The notes beneath the pieces were generated by a model. That model saw only the letters and a list, made by a program, of their open reading frames with translations. It had not been told where the DNA came from and searched no databases. Position numbers and translations under genes: made by a program. This document shows, one piece after another, positions 43,942 through 53,455 of a stretch of DNA of 64,000 nucleotides (position 1 is the stretch's first letter; every line of letters begins with the position of its first letter). The DNA lies in IMG/VR virus record IMGVR_UViG_3300021520_000002, positions 1 to 64,000 of that record; one strand, written 5' to 3'.

Positions 43942-44271
43942 ATGAATCTTACAAAAATTATCGATGAATCAGTACAGGCAGTTTTGACAGAAAAAAAAGA
44001 TGTTGGTGCATATGAACCAGGTCCTAATGTTGGTCCAGGAAAGTCTCCTTCAGAATATGTTCCTGCAGGTGGAGAACAGGAAAGTAACGCTACTAGGATA
44101 TTAAGAAAAGTAAAAGAAGGGGCTGAGGGAGTTGGTAAGAAAGTTGTTGGTGCAATTAAATCTGAACCAGTTGCAGCTTCAACTGCAGCTGCAATCGCAG
44201 CGGGTCTTGGCGCAGTAGCCTTAGCAAAGAAACTTAGAAAAGCAAAGAAATCTGCTAAAGCTAAAGCATAA
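43942..44271 (+). CDS. Protein with an identical AIAAGLGAVALAKKLRKAKK tail
   Basis: GGAGG RBS; 60-bp near-identical duplication of the previous gene's 3' end. Confidence 0.6.
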   Translation: MNLTKIIDESVQAVLTEKKDVGAYEPGPNVGPGKSPSEYVPAGGEQESNATRILRKVKEGAEGVGKKVVGAIKSEPVAASTAAAIAAGLGAVALAKKLRKAKKSAKAKA

Positions 44272-44292
44272 CTTTTAAATAGGAGTTGACTT

Positions 44293-44673
44293 ATGAAATT
44301 TAACGTCAACAAGATTATAACCGAAACAGTTTCTGAAAAAATAGTTAATGAATTTGAGATGGCTGATATTGGTGGAGCGGCTGTTAAAGGTTATAAGAAG
44401 GCTGAAGATGTTCTTGGTGGAGCTCTTTATAAAGCTTCTGGTTTAGAAAAGCATGATAAAGATGTTAATGAAATGCAAGATAAAGCAGGATCAATGCTTG
44501 TAAATGCTATAAAGAAAAAGAAATCAGCTTTAGCATCACTTCCACCGGAAGAACCATATACACCACCACCATCACTACCAACACCAGAAACAGATGATTA
44601 TGGACCAGCAGCAGGACTAGCTCTTGTTGGAGGTCTTGGGGCTTATGCTCTATCAAAAAAATCAAAAAAATAA
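44293..44673 (+). CDS. Protein with Gly/Ala hydrophobic segment and Lys tail
   Basis: AAGLALVGGLGAYALSKKSKK. Confidence 0.55.
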   Translation: MKFNVNKIITETVSEKIVNEFEMADIGGAAVKGYKKAEDVLGGALYKASGLEKHDKDVNEMQDKAGSMLVNAIKKKKSALASLPPEEPYTPPPSLPTPETDDYGPAAGLALVGGLGAYALSKKSKK

Positions 44674-44696
44674 AACAACAATCGGAGGATAATAAT

Positions 44697-45005
44697 ATGT
44701 TAGACAGAATTAATACCCTTATGGAAAGTGAAGATACACAGAAACTTTTGACTGAAAATGAGCAGTTACTTACTGAAGCAGTAGGTGATACTGTACAGTT
44801 TTCAAACACGTTGAAAGCATTCGTCATCAAACATCCTGAAGAATTTCTTGGTGAGAATACCGAAGAGACTTATAAGAATGTTAGATTATTTACTGAAGTA
44901 GCTACTTCACAGTTTCTTACTGAAGTGACTCATGTTTACGGTTCACAGATTCCAGAACCGATTCAGGAAACTCAGCAGCAGGAAGGTCTTGATCAATATC
45001 TGTAA
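44697..45005 (+). CDS. Acidic hypothetical protein, possible prohead core component
   Basis: GGAGG RBS; multiple L-x-E sites (LME, LTE). Confidence 0.45.
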   Translation: MLDRINTLMESEDTQKLLTENEQLLTEAVGDTVQFSNTLKAFVIKHPEEFLGENTEETYKNVRLFTEVATSQFLTEVTHVYGSQIPEPIQETQQQEGLDQYL

Positions 45006-45017
45006 AAAGAGGTTGTT

Positions 45018-45266
45018 ATGACAAACGATTCGATCAACGAAGCTATTGATCCAGTAACTGCAGTAATAGCTGCTGGTATAGCGGCTTATGCTGGTCATAA
45101 ACTTTATAAAAACTATAAACAAAAAAAGACTCTTGAAAAATTTGGTGTTAAAGAAGAACCAAAAAAAGATAGTACTTCAGATGATGAAGATTCTGCAAGA
45201 GATATAGCATACTATAATGCCGTTGATTTACCATCAAGTATAACTTATAATACACCAAAGAGGTAA
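45018..45266 (+). CDS. Small protein with Gly/Ala hydrophobic segment
   Basis: AVIAAGIAAYAGHKLYKNYKQKK. Confidence 0.5.
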   Translation: MTNDSINEAIDPVTAVIAAGIAAYAGHKLYKNYKQKKTLEKFGVKEEPKKDSTSDDEDSARDIAYYNAVDLPSSITYNTPKR

Positions 45267-45271
45267 ATATT

Positions 45272-45493
45272 ATGGTATCAGTGGTTGAATATTTGAATGA
45301 AGGTAGAATTTGGAATTCATTAAAATCTAGTTTTGCTAATCTTTTTGGTGGACCGGCAAAAATTAAGAAATCAGATTTATCTTCAAATGATAAAATTGAT
45401 AACTCAGAAGCATCATATCGTCGTTTAACACCAAAACCATTAGCATCAACTAGAAATAAGCTTGGTTATAAACCTAAGAAAACTACAGTTTAA
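45272..45493 (+). CDS. MIS-leader family small protein
   Basis: Starts MVSVVEYLNE. Confidence 0.55.
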   Translation: MVSVVEYLNEGRIWNSLKSSFANLFGGPAKIKKSDLSSNDKIDNSEASYRRLTPKPLASTRNKLGYKPKKTTV

Positions 45494-45505
45494 CATAAAA
45501 AAGAA

Positions 45506-45542
45506 TTATCGGCAAGACCTTTAAAATAGGTCTTGCCGATAA
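45506..45542. terminator. Bidirectional terminator-like hairpin of the TTGCCGAT family between convergent genes
   Basis: TTATCGGCAAGACCT, 7-nt loop, AGGTCTTGCCGATAA; perfect 15-bp stem. Confidence 0.75.
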
Positions 45543-45544
45543 AA

Positions 45545-46885
45545 TTAATTATTTATCATTATTTGTGAGATGTTTGTATAGCTTGGATCAAAAGTCATCA
45601 TCTTTCCACCTTTCACTATAATGAAAGTTAATGGAATATTATTTTTAATCCAGTTATATTTTGTATAGTTGTATTCAATATCTGAATGCATGTCTGTTAA
45701 ACTAATAACCATGCTTAAATCATCCTTATTCTTGTCCCAATATTCTTTTTCAACTAAGTCAAAAACACCTTTATGTGATGTTCCTCCACGACCTTTATAA
45801 CCTTCTTTTTTTAAGAAGTCATAAAAGGTATGAATATTTTCTAATGTGAATACTTTTTGTTGGTGGATAACTGAGTCATGTGTAATTAAATGTATTTCTT
45901 TGAAATGTCTCATACTATTTTCTGTTACACTTGAAAATTGTTTGAGATTTCGATCAGTGATAGATCCGGAAGTGTCAGTAAAAATTACTAATGTTCCTAC
46001 TCCTTCTACATCTTCTGTAAATGAATATCCTGGGAGTATTAGTCCATGAGGAATATAAATTTTATTTAATTGACGCCAACTTCTATCATCTGGTTTCATG
46101 ATGACATTTGTTTTAATTGATTTTTCAACTAAACGTTCCCAAGGTATTTCAACTTTTAGAAGTTCTTCTAAATATGTTGTTAAGTATCCTGGTAAGTCAC
46201 CTTTTGATTTAATTGTTTCAAAAACGGCTCTGGCTTCTGAAACTAATTGTTCAAGTTGATATGTGGCTTCTGGAGATTCAGTCATATCTTCTTTTTCAGA
46301 CTGACCTAGATCATCTGTCATTTCAAATAGTATATTATCATATTGATCTTTTACTATTATTGTATTCGGATCAGATCCAGAACCTATTATCATTTCAATA
46401 TGAATAAATTTTTCATTTTTCATTAACCAATCATATGCTTTTTCAACAGAACAATTTGGAAGAGCGTATTCTAATTTCTCAACAATATTGTATCTGTTTT
46501 GATATGGTTTTATAAGGTGTGATAAGTTTTTTCTTAGATATGTTTCAATAACATGATCTGCTGCAACACACCAAATTTCATGAATTCGATTATCTTTTCT
46601 TAGTCCATGTCTGTTTAAAATATGCATCAATTCATGACACAGAAGATAAACTAAATGAACAAATGAATAATCTGTTTTGCTCAAATAAAATTCATTTAAG
46701 TGAATCTTGCCGCTCTCAATGGATGATAAATCTTTTTCATTAAATCTTACAAATCCTTCTGCTGAAGGATGAAATTCATAAACCATCCAATCGAATTTAT
46801 GAAGCATCATTCCAAAAAAGATCAGTTCTTTTGTAAATAGTTTTATTTTGCTTAATCTAATTAAATCACCAATTCTGGGATTCAT
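45545..46885 (-). CDS. DUF2201-like metallopeptidase / vWA-domain protein
   Basis: HELMH (HExxH), W..AAD..I, DTSGS MIDAS, HDS, GRGGT, LTD. Confidence 0.8.
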   Translation of the reverse strand: MNPRIGDLIRLSKIKLFTKELIFFGMMLHKFDWMVYEFHPSAEGFVRFNEKDLSSIESGKIHLNEFYLSKTDYSFVHLVYLLCHELMHILNRHGLRKDNRIHEIWCVAADHVIETYLRKNLSHLIKPYQNRYNIVEKLEYALPNCSVEKAYDWLMKNEKFIHIEMIIGSGSDPNTIIVKDQYDNILFEMTDDLGQSEKEDMTESPEATYQLEQLVSEARAVFETIKSKGDLPGYLTTYLEELLKVEIPWERLVEKSIKTNVIMKPDDRSWRQLNKIYIPHGLILPGYSFTEDVEGVGTLVIFTDTSGSITDRNLKQFSSVTENSMRHFKEIHLITHDSVIHQQKVFTLENIHTFYDFLKKEGYKGRGGTSHKGVFDLVEKEYWDKNKDDLSMVISLTDMHSDIEYNYTKYNWIKNNIPLTFIIVKGGKMMTFDPSYTNISQIMINN

Positions 46886-46888
46886 TTT

Positions 46889-48130
46889 TTATACCTCGGA
46901 CATTGATTGACTAATTTCAATTACTGACTTTAAAACTTCTGAAGCTCTAGTTGGATCAATTTTTTGAATTTGTAAAATTATTTGATCGACAATATTCCTT
47001 TTCTTTAAAGTCTTTTCTAATTGTTTCATTTCTTTGAGCATCATAATAGAAAGCTCTGGAGCGTGTATCATAAATTGATCAATTAGATATGCTAAATTTT
47101 GTGTATATTTGGAACGATCAGATCTACCAATATAATTAGTTATTAATGCATAAGCTAAAGCATATCTTTTTACAGGGTCATCAGGAAGTTCATAACTTGA
47201 AGCACTCATTAAGATGCCATCAATATCGAATTCTGAATATACCTTGTAATAAATTACGAAATCACTTGCTCCTTCTTTTCCAACATATCCTGTTCCAAGA
47301 TATGAACAAATGTCTGAAGAAATTGTTTTTGTATACCATTCTTCACGTATTAAAATTTCTCTAGCGAATCTTGTCCATGATCTTGGAGAGCCCCAAGCTT
47401 GATCAACTTGTTCTTCTTCATGAAAATATTTTCTATATTGATTATGTCCAAGAAATGAAATAACGGCAGGATGGATTTTTACACCTTCTGTTAATGCATA
47501 ATTAGTTTTCCATCCATCAAAATCTGTATGGACTGGCATCATAACACATCTGTTTACGATAGCGCTAAATAAAGTTTTAGCACCTGATTTATTAGATGTA
47601 TTTCCAGCCATAACAATAGCAACATTCTGTGGAAGCTTATAGCTACGTAATGAACGTTCTGTTAAAAGTTCATACAAAAGAGCCATGTGGATTGGACTTA
47701 AAAGATGAGCATCGTCAAGCAACCAAATTACAAGTTTAGGTTTCTGTTCGATTATTTCTTTACCATCTTTATCTTTGGCTTTAACACTAATAGTTTCACT
47801 AGCTAATTCAAATAATGTTTTCATAATATCTGGAAAAGACCATATAGTTCCAATCATTGGTTTTCCATTAATTATGATGTTTTCAAATTGTGGAATACCT
47901 CCAGTTTCTTCTAATGGTTTAAGTGCCAAATGTGTTGATAAAATTCCAAAATTATATAAAGTACTTAAATAATGTAAACTGGCTGTTTTTCCACCACCAG
48001 GCGCACCACAAATAAAAGGTGTTCCTACATCGTAACCTTGAACTTGAAGATAACAATTTTCAATCACAAGATTAATAACTTCATGTAAAGCTTTTGATCC
48101 TTTTGTAAATTGTTCGTTGTCTGTAAGCAT
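46889..48130 (-). CDS. MoxR-like AAA+ ATPase
   Basis: Walker A GAPGGGKT, Walker B WLLDD, MAGN, NR, SPRSW; GGAGG RBS on the minus strand. Confidence 0.85.
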   Translation of the reverse strand: MLTDNEQFTKGSKALHEVINLVIENCYLQVQGYDVGTPFICGAPGGGKTASLHYLSTLYNFGILSTHLALKPLEETGGIPQFENIIINGKPMIGTIWSFPDIMKTLFELASETISVKAKDKDGKEIIEQKPKLVIWLLDDAHLLSPIHMALLYELLTERSLRSYKLPQNVAIVMAGNTSNKSGAKTLFSAIVNRCVMMPVHTDFDGWKTNYALTEGVKIHPAVISFLGHNQYRKYFHEEEQVDQAWGSPRSWTRFAREILIREEWYTKTISSDICSYLGTGYVGKEGASDFVIYYKVYSEFDIDGILMSASSYELPDDPVKRYALAYALITNYIGRSDRSKYTQNLAYLIDQFMIHAPELSIMMLKEMKQLEKTLKKRNIVDQIILQIQKIDPTRASEVLKSVIEISQSMSEV

Positions 48131-48221
48131 TATACCTCCTTAAAGTTTTGAAACAAAAATATTGTATCTTTATTATTTCTATATGAAAAATTTAAAAATT
48201 AAATTTAGAGGTAACTAATCT

Positions 48222-48431
48222 ATGAAGAATATTAATGAGATTAGATTTGGAGTTGTGTTAAGTAAAATACTTTCTGATGCAGATATGTATAATCCAGACA
48301 AATCGGTTACACCAAAGATGAATTCATATCTTGATAAACAAGCTGCTGCTGCTAAAGCACAAGTAGAAAAACTTATGGCAGTAAGAGAATCACAATCACA
48401 ACCAAAGCCAGGGATGCAAATGAGGTCTTAA
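48222..48431 (+). CDS. Small hypothetical protein (NE-x-RFG N-terminus)
   Basis: Starts MKNINEIRFGV. Confidence 0.5.
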   Translation: MKNINEIRFGVVLSKILSDADMYNPDKSVTPKMNSYLDKQAAAAKAQVEKLMAVRESQSQPKPGMQMRS

Positions 48432-48803
48432 ATGGCAGAACAACAAGTATTAGTAGATCAATATTATAAATTTCAACCATATGATGTTAAAAATGTTTTT
48501 ACAGAATTTGCAAAACCAATTTTTGATAATGCTTTTTTTAACAATTTAGCAACATTGAGAATTAATGCTGATTTTATTAATTTCAATACTGAAAGATGGC
48601 AACAACGACCAACTGTTTTTTGTTTAGATTTATATGAAGAACCACAGTTATATCCTGTGATTATGTTGATTAATAATGTTAAAAGTTTTTTAGAGTTTGT
48701 TCCCGAATATTTTTCTAGAGTTCGTGAGCCACCATATCAAAGTTATGTTATTATTGCTCCTTATCGTTCTGAGATTAAAAGAGTTTTGAATTTTGTTTCA
48801 TAG
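48432..48803 (+). CDS. Baseplate wedge protein, T4 gp53-like
   Basis: RPTVFCLDLYEEPQLYPVIMLINN resembles the gp53/LysM-like RP...LYG.P.LYW..L..N motif. Confidence 0.55.
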   Translation: MAEQQVLVDQYYKFQPYDVKNVFTEFAKPIFDNAFFNNLATLRINADFINFNTERWQQRPTVFCLDLYEEPQLYPVIMLINNVKSFLEFVPEYFSRVREPPYQSYVIIAPYRSEIKRVLNFVS

Positions 48804-48815
48804 GAGTTCCAATAT

Positions 48816-49793
48816 ATGTCGAATATAGATAAAAATTTCCAATCCAAATTCTTTTCTAATTCTGATGTGAATAATATTTTACTTGACAGCGAACAGAAAA
48901 TGTTAATAGTAGATAAAAATAAGGAATCAATTGAAGTTTATAAAACATTTAATGATGATCTTTCAACATATTTATCTAAACTATCTAACGGTTCTGTGAG
49001 ACAACAAGTGCAAAATTTACTGAATAAGGATTTAATATTTCTTGGTTTATCGAAAACCAAAATAGATAATATTTTTTCCAGATTGCTTATAACAACTGAT
49101 AATAAATTAGCAGGAGTAGTATTAGATACTCAACAATTAGCAATAGATCCATTGACTGGATCTTGTGAGTCTGCTGATGAATGTGTTTATGCTGTTTATT
49201 TTGGTTTAGTTCGCGCCGCTGTCTTACTTAATAAAGATGAAATTAGAAAAGATAAAGATTTACACAAATTAATGACAACATATTTGTATTTATTATTATT
49301 GAAAGCAGTTGGAGTTGATAAAGTATATTCAGAAAAATTTAAATCATTTATTCACATTTTATCTGTTTACATGTACTATAAATATTATTTAAAAGAGAAA
49401 CATAATTATATCATATCTATTATTGAAAGAGATTATGAACCATTTATTGGAAAGAAAAACATTGATGAATTTTTGCCGACAATTGAAAAATTTGAATCAT
49501 ATATGTCAATAAAAGACTTTCCAAAAATGTTGGTTGATGCTAAACTTTGGTCAGAGAATCCCAATAGTATTATAGTTTCATTGTTGAAAACTTTGAAACC
49601 AACTGGATTTTATTGTTTGCTTGGTCCATTAGATTATTTTGTAAGTCTAGCAGTTGTTTCAAAATATCCAGTTGAATTCTTTTCAAAGAAAAGTTTAGTA
49701 AATGAAAAAGTACAAGGAGCAATAGAAGATATTATAACAGGTTATATGAATAAAATAAAATATGATTTAAGCGCAATACCGAAAAAAGAATAA
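48816..49793 (+). CDS. Hypothetical protein
   Basis: 325-aa ORF with AGGAG RBS; no recognised motif. Confidence 0.6.
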   Translation: MSNIDKNFQSKFFSNSDVNNILLDSEQKMLIVDKNKESIEVYKTFNDDLSTYLSKLSNGSVRQQVQNLLNKDLIFLGLSKTKIDNIFSRLLITTDNKLAGVVLDTQQLAIDPLTGSCESADECVYAVYFGLVRAAVLLNKDEIRKDKDLHKLMTTYLYLLLLKAVGVDKVYSEKFKSFIHILSVYMYYKYYLKEKHNYIISIIERDYEPFIGKKNIDEFLPTIEKFESYMSIKDFPKMLVDAKLWSENPNSIIVSLLKTLKPTGFYCLLGPLDYFVSLAVVSKYPVEFFSKKSLVNEKVQGAIEDIITGYMNKIKYDLSAIPKKE

Positions 49794-49813
49794 AATTTAG
49801 GAGGATTTAAATT

Positions 49814-50995
49814 ATGTCATACGATTATATGTTACCAAGACAGGATGCAAATGATTTTTTCATGGAAGTAGCAAAAGGAACAGTTAATAATATGTCAGCT
49901 CTTCGTATGTTTGGTAGTAGAGTTGTTGCTGGTGCAGCTACTGATGTTTGGAAAGTTGTAGCAGCAGTGGATGGTGAACCTGTAGCAAAGACTCTTCCAT
50001 CAGTAGCAAAACTTCTTTCAATTTCTTCATCTGATGTTCTAGATATCACTCAGTATGTAACAGTAAATGGTTTGGATGCTAATTATCAGCCCATTTCAGT
50101 AACTAAGAAATTAGCTGGTAGAACTGAAACAGCACTTAGCACAACTGTTTATTTTCTTAGAGTAACATCAGTAACACTTGATGCTGCTTGTCTTGGAAAT
50201 GTTTTTGTTTATGATGCAGCAAGCGCAGTAACTAATGGAGTACCAAATTCAAAGAATAAGATTTTAGCAACAATTACTATTGCTGATCTTGAATCCTATG
50301 ATTGTTATGCTTGTACACCATATAACAAGAAAGGTTGGGTTTACAATATTAAATGGCATTCAAATAGTGCAGCAGTTGCAAAGGAAGTTCTTTTAACATT
50401 AGTTGTAAAAACTGATGCTGGCGTAACTACAACTTATAATATTGCAAGTTATACAGATCCAGGTTCTGGTCAATTACAGCTTGCTTATAAACCAATTGAA
50501 GTTGCTCCTAAATCAGATATTAAACTTATGGCAAGTCTTGTGGGTGGAAGTGCATTAGCTCTTGAGACTGAAGTTAATATCGTTCTTGAAGATGTAACAG
50601 CAGCTGGTGATATTGTAACTGTTTTAACAAAGTCACAGTTTGATGCTCAACTTGCTCCTCATACTCTTGCTTCAACAAAACTTTATCTTATTGGTCTTGC
50701 TGAAGTTCCTTCAGTATTTCCAACGACAGTTGATCTTAATGATACTCTTGCTATTATAACTGGTGAAGCTATTGCTGTTGGACATAATGGTTATCATGTT
50801 GCGGCAACTACTGAAGTTGCATTTAACATGGATGTTTTCAGAACTGGTATTTTAGTTCAGACTACACAGAAAGCAATTGCTTGTGTTTGGAGATGTGTTG
50901 ATAGTAATGGTGATGTATTGTATAATGCTGGATTAACTCCTCAGATAATCACTCTGGGTGGTAAAACTTTAAAGACAATATTCAGCGAAATTTAA
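49814..50995 (+). CDS. Putative virion structural protein
   Basis: Val/Ala/Thr-rich beta protein; GGAGG RBS; followed by a terminator. Confidence 0.5.
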   Translation: MSYDYMLPRQDANDFFMEVAKGTVNNMSALRMFGSRVVAGAATDVWKVVAAVDGEPVAKTLPSVAKLLSISSSDVLDITQYVTVNGLDANYQPISVTKKLAGRTETALSTTVYFLRVTSVTLDAACLGNVFVYDAASAVTNGVPNSKNKILATITIADLESYDCYACTPYNKKGWVYNIKWHSNSAAVAKEVLLTLVVKTDAGVTTTYNIASYTDPGSGQLQLAYKPIEVAPKSDIKLMASLVGGSALALETEVNIVLEDVTAAGDIVTVLTKSQFDAQLAPHTLASTKLYLIGLAEVPSVFPTTVDLNDTLAIITGEAIAVGHNGYHVAATTEVAFNMDVFRTGILVQTTQKAIACVWRCVDSNGDVLYNAGLTPQIITLGGKTLKTIFSEI

Positions 50996-51010
50996 TTATG
51001 TAACTAAGTA

Positions 51011-51038
51011 GGGAGATCAGATTAACTTCTGATCTCCC
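51011..51038 (+). terminator. Intrinsic terminator-like hairpin
   Basis: GGGAGATCAGA, 6-nt loop, TCTGATCTCCC. Confidence 0.7.
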
Positions 51039-51056
51039 ACTCTTTATCGTATAAGA

Positions 51057-51067
51057 TATATAGAAAT
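51057..51067 (+). promoter_or_regulatory. Candidate phage promoter element YATAYAGAAAT
   Basis: Also at 18615-18625 (+), 59919-59929 (+) and 48175-48185 (-); each intergenic and 45-75 nt upstream of a gene-block start. Confidence 0.4.
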
Positions 51068-51127
51068 AAAAACATTAAAACTGTAAATAATAATCTTGAA
51101 ATAAGATTTTGAAATAAAGGAGAAGAA

Positions 51128-51331
51128 ATGATTTCAGTTTCTGATTTATTCGAAATATCTCCAATTAATATTGATAATTATAAAAATACAAATCGAGAAC
51201 CAGAAGCAAAAATAATAAATCATTTGATTAATATTAAAGGTAAAGATCCACAAGCATATAAAGCTGAAAGACCATATTTATTGAATCAGATAAAACAAAA
51301 TAAAGTTGCCGATAATAGGAGTTTATCATGA
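51128..51331 (+). CDS. MIS-leader family small protein
   Basis: Starts MISVSDLFE. Confidence 0.6.
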   Translation: MISVSDLFEISPINIDNYKNTNREPEAKIINHLINIKGKDPQAYKAERPYLLNQIKQNKVADNRSLS

Positions 51332-51678
51332 TTAGTGTTAGTCAAATATTTGAGTCTGAATTAGATGGACCTTTAGATGATTATTCATATCTTTTACATC
51401 ATGTTGAAGTAGATGATAAAGGTAATGAGAATTTACATCATTGTTTTGTATATGATCATTTGGGTAATATGTTTACTCAAGATACAATTATTATTAAAGA
51501 TGGAAAATGTTATGATGGAAATAATAAATTATTAAAAGATGGAACTTATCATTCAATTTCAGGTTTAGAACCAGAACAAGAAGTTTGTTGGAGTGATTCA
51601 CAAGCAGAAGAAAATGGAATTAAACCAAAACGTATGGTTGCAGGAATGACATATAAACAGAAAGCTAAGGAGTGGTAA
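51328..51678 (+). CDS. MIS-leader family protein, His-rich
   Basis: Starts MISVSQIFE; LLHH..., LHHC, HSI. Confidence 0.6.
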   Translation: MISVSQIFESELDGPLDDYSYLLHHVEVDDKGNENLHHCFVYDHLGNMFTQDTIIIKDGKCYDGNNKLLKDGTYHSISGLEPEQEVCWSDSQAEENGIKPKRMVAGMTYKQKAKEW

Positions 51679-52385
51679 TGATCATTAATCCTATTAATTG
51701 GAGAAGTATAGGAAAAGTTCCTACGATTGAACAAATAGAGGATTATATTTTTGAAGTTATTAATAATCTTGATTGTAGAAATTTAGCCTTATCTGGAGGA
51801 ATAGATAGTTCTTATATGTTATGGTGTATGGTGCAAAAATTTGGAAATGACATAAATTGTTTTACCATAGCTTTAAATCATAGTCATCCTGATTATATTT
51901 ATTCAAAACAGATAACAAAATTATTAGGAGTTAATTGGCATTGTTATATTCCTTCAGATAAAGAAGTTAAAGAATTACTTGAAGATAAAAATGGAGATTT
52001 AATAGTTGCAAAATTTTTTACTTGGTTAGAAGCTAAAGAAAGAATAACTGAAATAATTTGTTGTGATGGTATTGATGAATTTATGGGTGGTTATTATGAT
52101 CATCTTCATAATCCTACACATGAAACCTATTATGATTATATGATTAGATTACAAAAAGAACAATTTGAACCTCTTCATAAAAATTCTGGTAAAATAGATG
52201 TGTTGTTACCATATATGAATAGAAATCTTATTGAATTATATAATAGAATTCCTATGATTGATAGATTTGATGCTGTTGGTGGTAGAAAAAAGATAATGGT
52301 TGAATTAGCAAAAGATAAAATTCCAGAAGAAATAATTAATCGAAGAAAATATGGATTTATTGACGCTATGAAAATAAAGGAGTAA
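51678..52385 (+). CDS. Stand-alone asparagine-synthetase-like ATP-pyrophosphatase domain (no glutaminase)
   Basis: LALSGGIDSS PP-loop, DGIDEFMGGY, LPYM, K......IPEEIINRRKYGF; ATG at 51678 after AAGGAG. Confidence 0.8.
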   Translation: MIINPINWRSIGKVPTIEQIEDYIFEVINNLDCRNLALSGGIDSSYMLWCMVQKFGNDINCFTIALNHSHPDYIYSKQITKLLGVNWHCYIPSDKEVKELLEDKNGDLIVAKFFTWLEAKERITEIICCDGIDEFMGGYYDHLHNPTHETYYDYMIRLQKEQFEPLHKNSGKIDVLLPYMNRNLIELYNRIPMIDRFDAVGGRKKIMVELAKDKIPEEIINRRKYGFIDAMKIKE

Positions 52386-52388
52386 ATT

Positions 52389-52826
52389 ATGATTAGTGTA
52401 AATTATTTATTTGAAGGTGATGAACCTAAAGGGGTTATAACAGATGAAAATATTTTAAAGGATGTAAAAAAGACACAAGAAATTCAAGATGCTGTTATAA
52501 GACTTATTATAGACAAAAAACTAAGACCGGATGATGATGACATTCATAATCTTGCCGGTAAATTTAATATGGACCCACATGAGTTTGAAGAAGTTATTTA
52601 TGCTTTACTTGGTGATTTAATTACTAAAAGTGCTGGAAAACATAAGGATATTCCAATATCAAAATTTGATCCAAAACAAGTTAAGATAGGGATGAAAATA
52701 GAAAAAGAACATTCAGACAATCCAGCGATAAGAGCAGAAATAACTAAAGATCATTTAGCTGAATTTCCAAAAGATTATTATACAAGATTAGTTAAATTGG
52801 AAAAAGATGCTAAGAAAAATAAATAA
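52389..52826 (+). CDS. MIS-leader protein with DUF5661-like C-terminal domain
   Basis: MISVNYLFE; FDPKQVKIGMKIEKEH...ITKDHLAEFPKDYYTRL. Confidence 0.6.
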   Translation: MISVNYLFEGDEPKGVITDENILKDVKKTQEIQDAVIRLIIDKKLRPDDDDIHNLAGKFNMDPHEFEEVIYALLGDLITKSAGKHKDIPISKFDPKQVKIGMKIEKEHSDNPAIRAEITKDHLAEFPKDYYTRLVKLEKDAKKNK

Positions 52827-52836
52827 GGAGAACATT

Positions 52837-53244
52837 ATGCCAAAAGATAATGAAGCGTGGTATAAAAAACTTTCTGGTATATTAGGAATAGTAGTAGTTG
52901 TTATTGGTTTAATAACAACATTATTTGCTATTGATAGTAGATATGCAAAATGTCAAGATTTACAACAACAAAAAATTGATACTTCTAAAACTCTTCAACA
53001 AATCAGAATTGATATGAGACAAGATAGATATCTTGATAGATATGATAGATTAAAATCTAGAAAGAAAGATCTTGAATATCAAGTTAAGAGATATCCAAAT
53101 GATAGAGATTTAAAAAATGATCTCGAAGAAACAAAAGAAGAATTAGCTATAGCTAGACAACAAATAAATGAAATGGAAAAAATTCAAACTCGTCAACAAG
53201 GTAAGTTTGATGCTCCGTTAGCACCTGCACCGGCAAAAAAATAA
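52837..53244 (+). CDS. Single-TM coiled-coil protein
   Basis: ATG at 52837 after AAGGAG; GILGIVVVVIGLITTLFAI. Confidence 0.55.
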   Translation: MPKDNEAWYKKLSGILGIVVVVIGLITTLFAIDSRYAKCQDLQQQKIDTSKTLQQIRIDMRQDRYLDRYDRLKSRKKDLEYQVKRYPNDRDLKNDLEETKEELAIARQQINEMEKIQTRQQGKFDAPLAPAPAKK

Positions 53245-53259
53245 ATTTGGAGATTAATT

Positions 53260-53454
53260 ATGATTAGCGTTATAGCTGAAATATACAACAATCAAAAATT
53301 TCAACCAAATACAGTTGAAATTCCTAATCAGAATCAGCCACTTCCCCCAACAAATCTTTCTAGAGAAATACCAGTTCCACAACCACAAAATAAAAGAGTT
53401 ACAACTGTGACTAATCCTATTTTTAAAAATTCACCAGTTCCAGTTGGAGGATGA
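53260..53454 (+). CDS. MIS-leader family small protein
   Basis: Starts MISVIAE. Confidence 0.55.
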   Translation: MISVIAEIYNNQKFQPNTVEIPNQNQPLPPTNLSREIPVPQPQNKRVTTVTNPIFKNSPVPVGG

Positions 53455-53455
53455 G

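Noticed and set aside
43464-44830. Minus-strand hydrophobic ORFs (43464, 43815, 44507)
   Set aside because: Antisense to well-supported + strand genes with RBSs; the hydrophobicity mirrors Lys/Glu codons.
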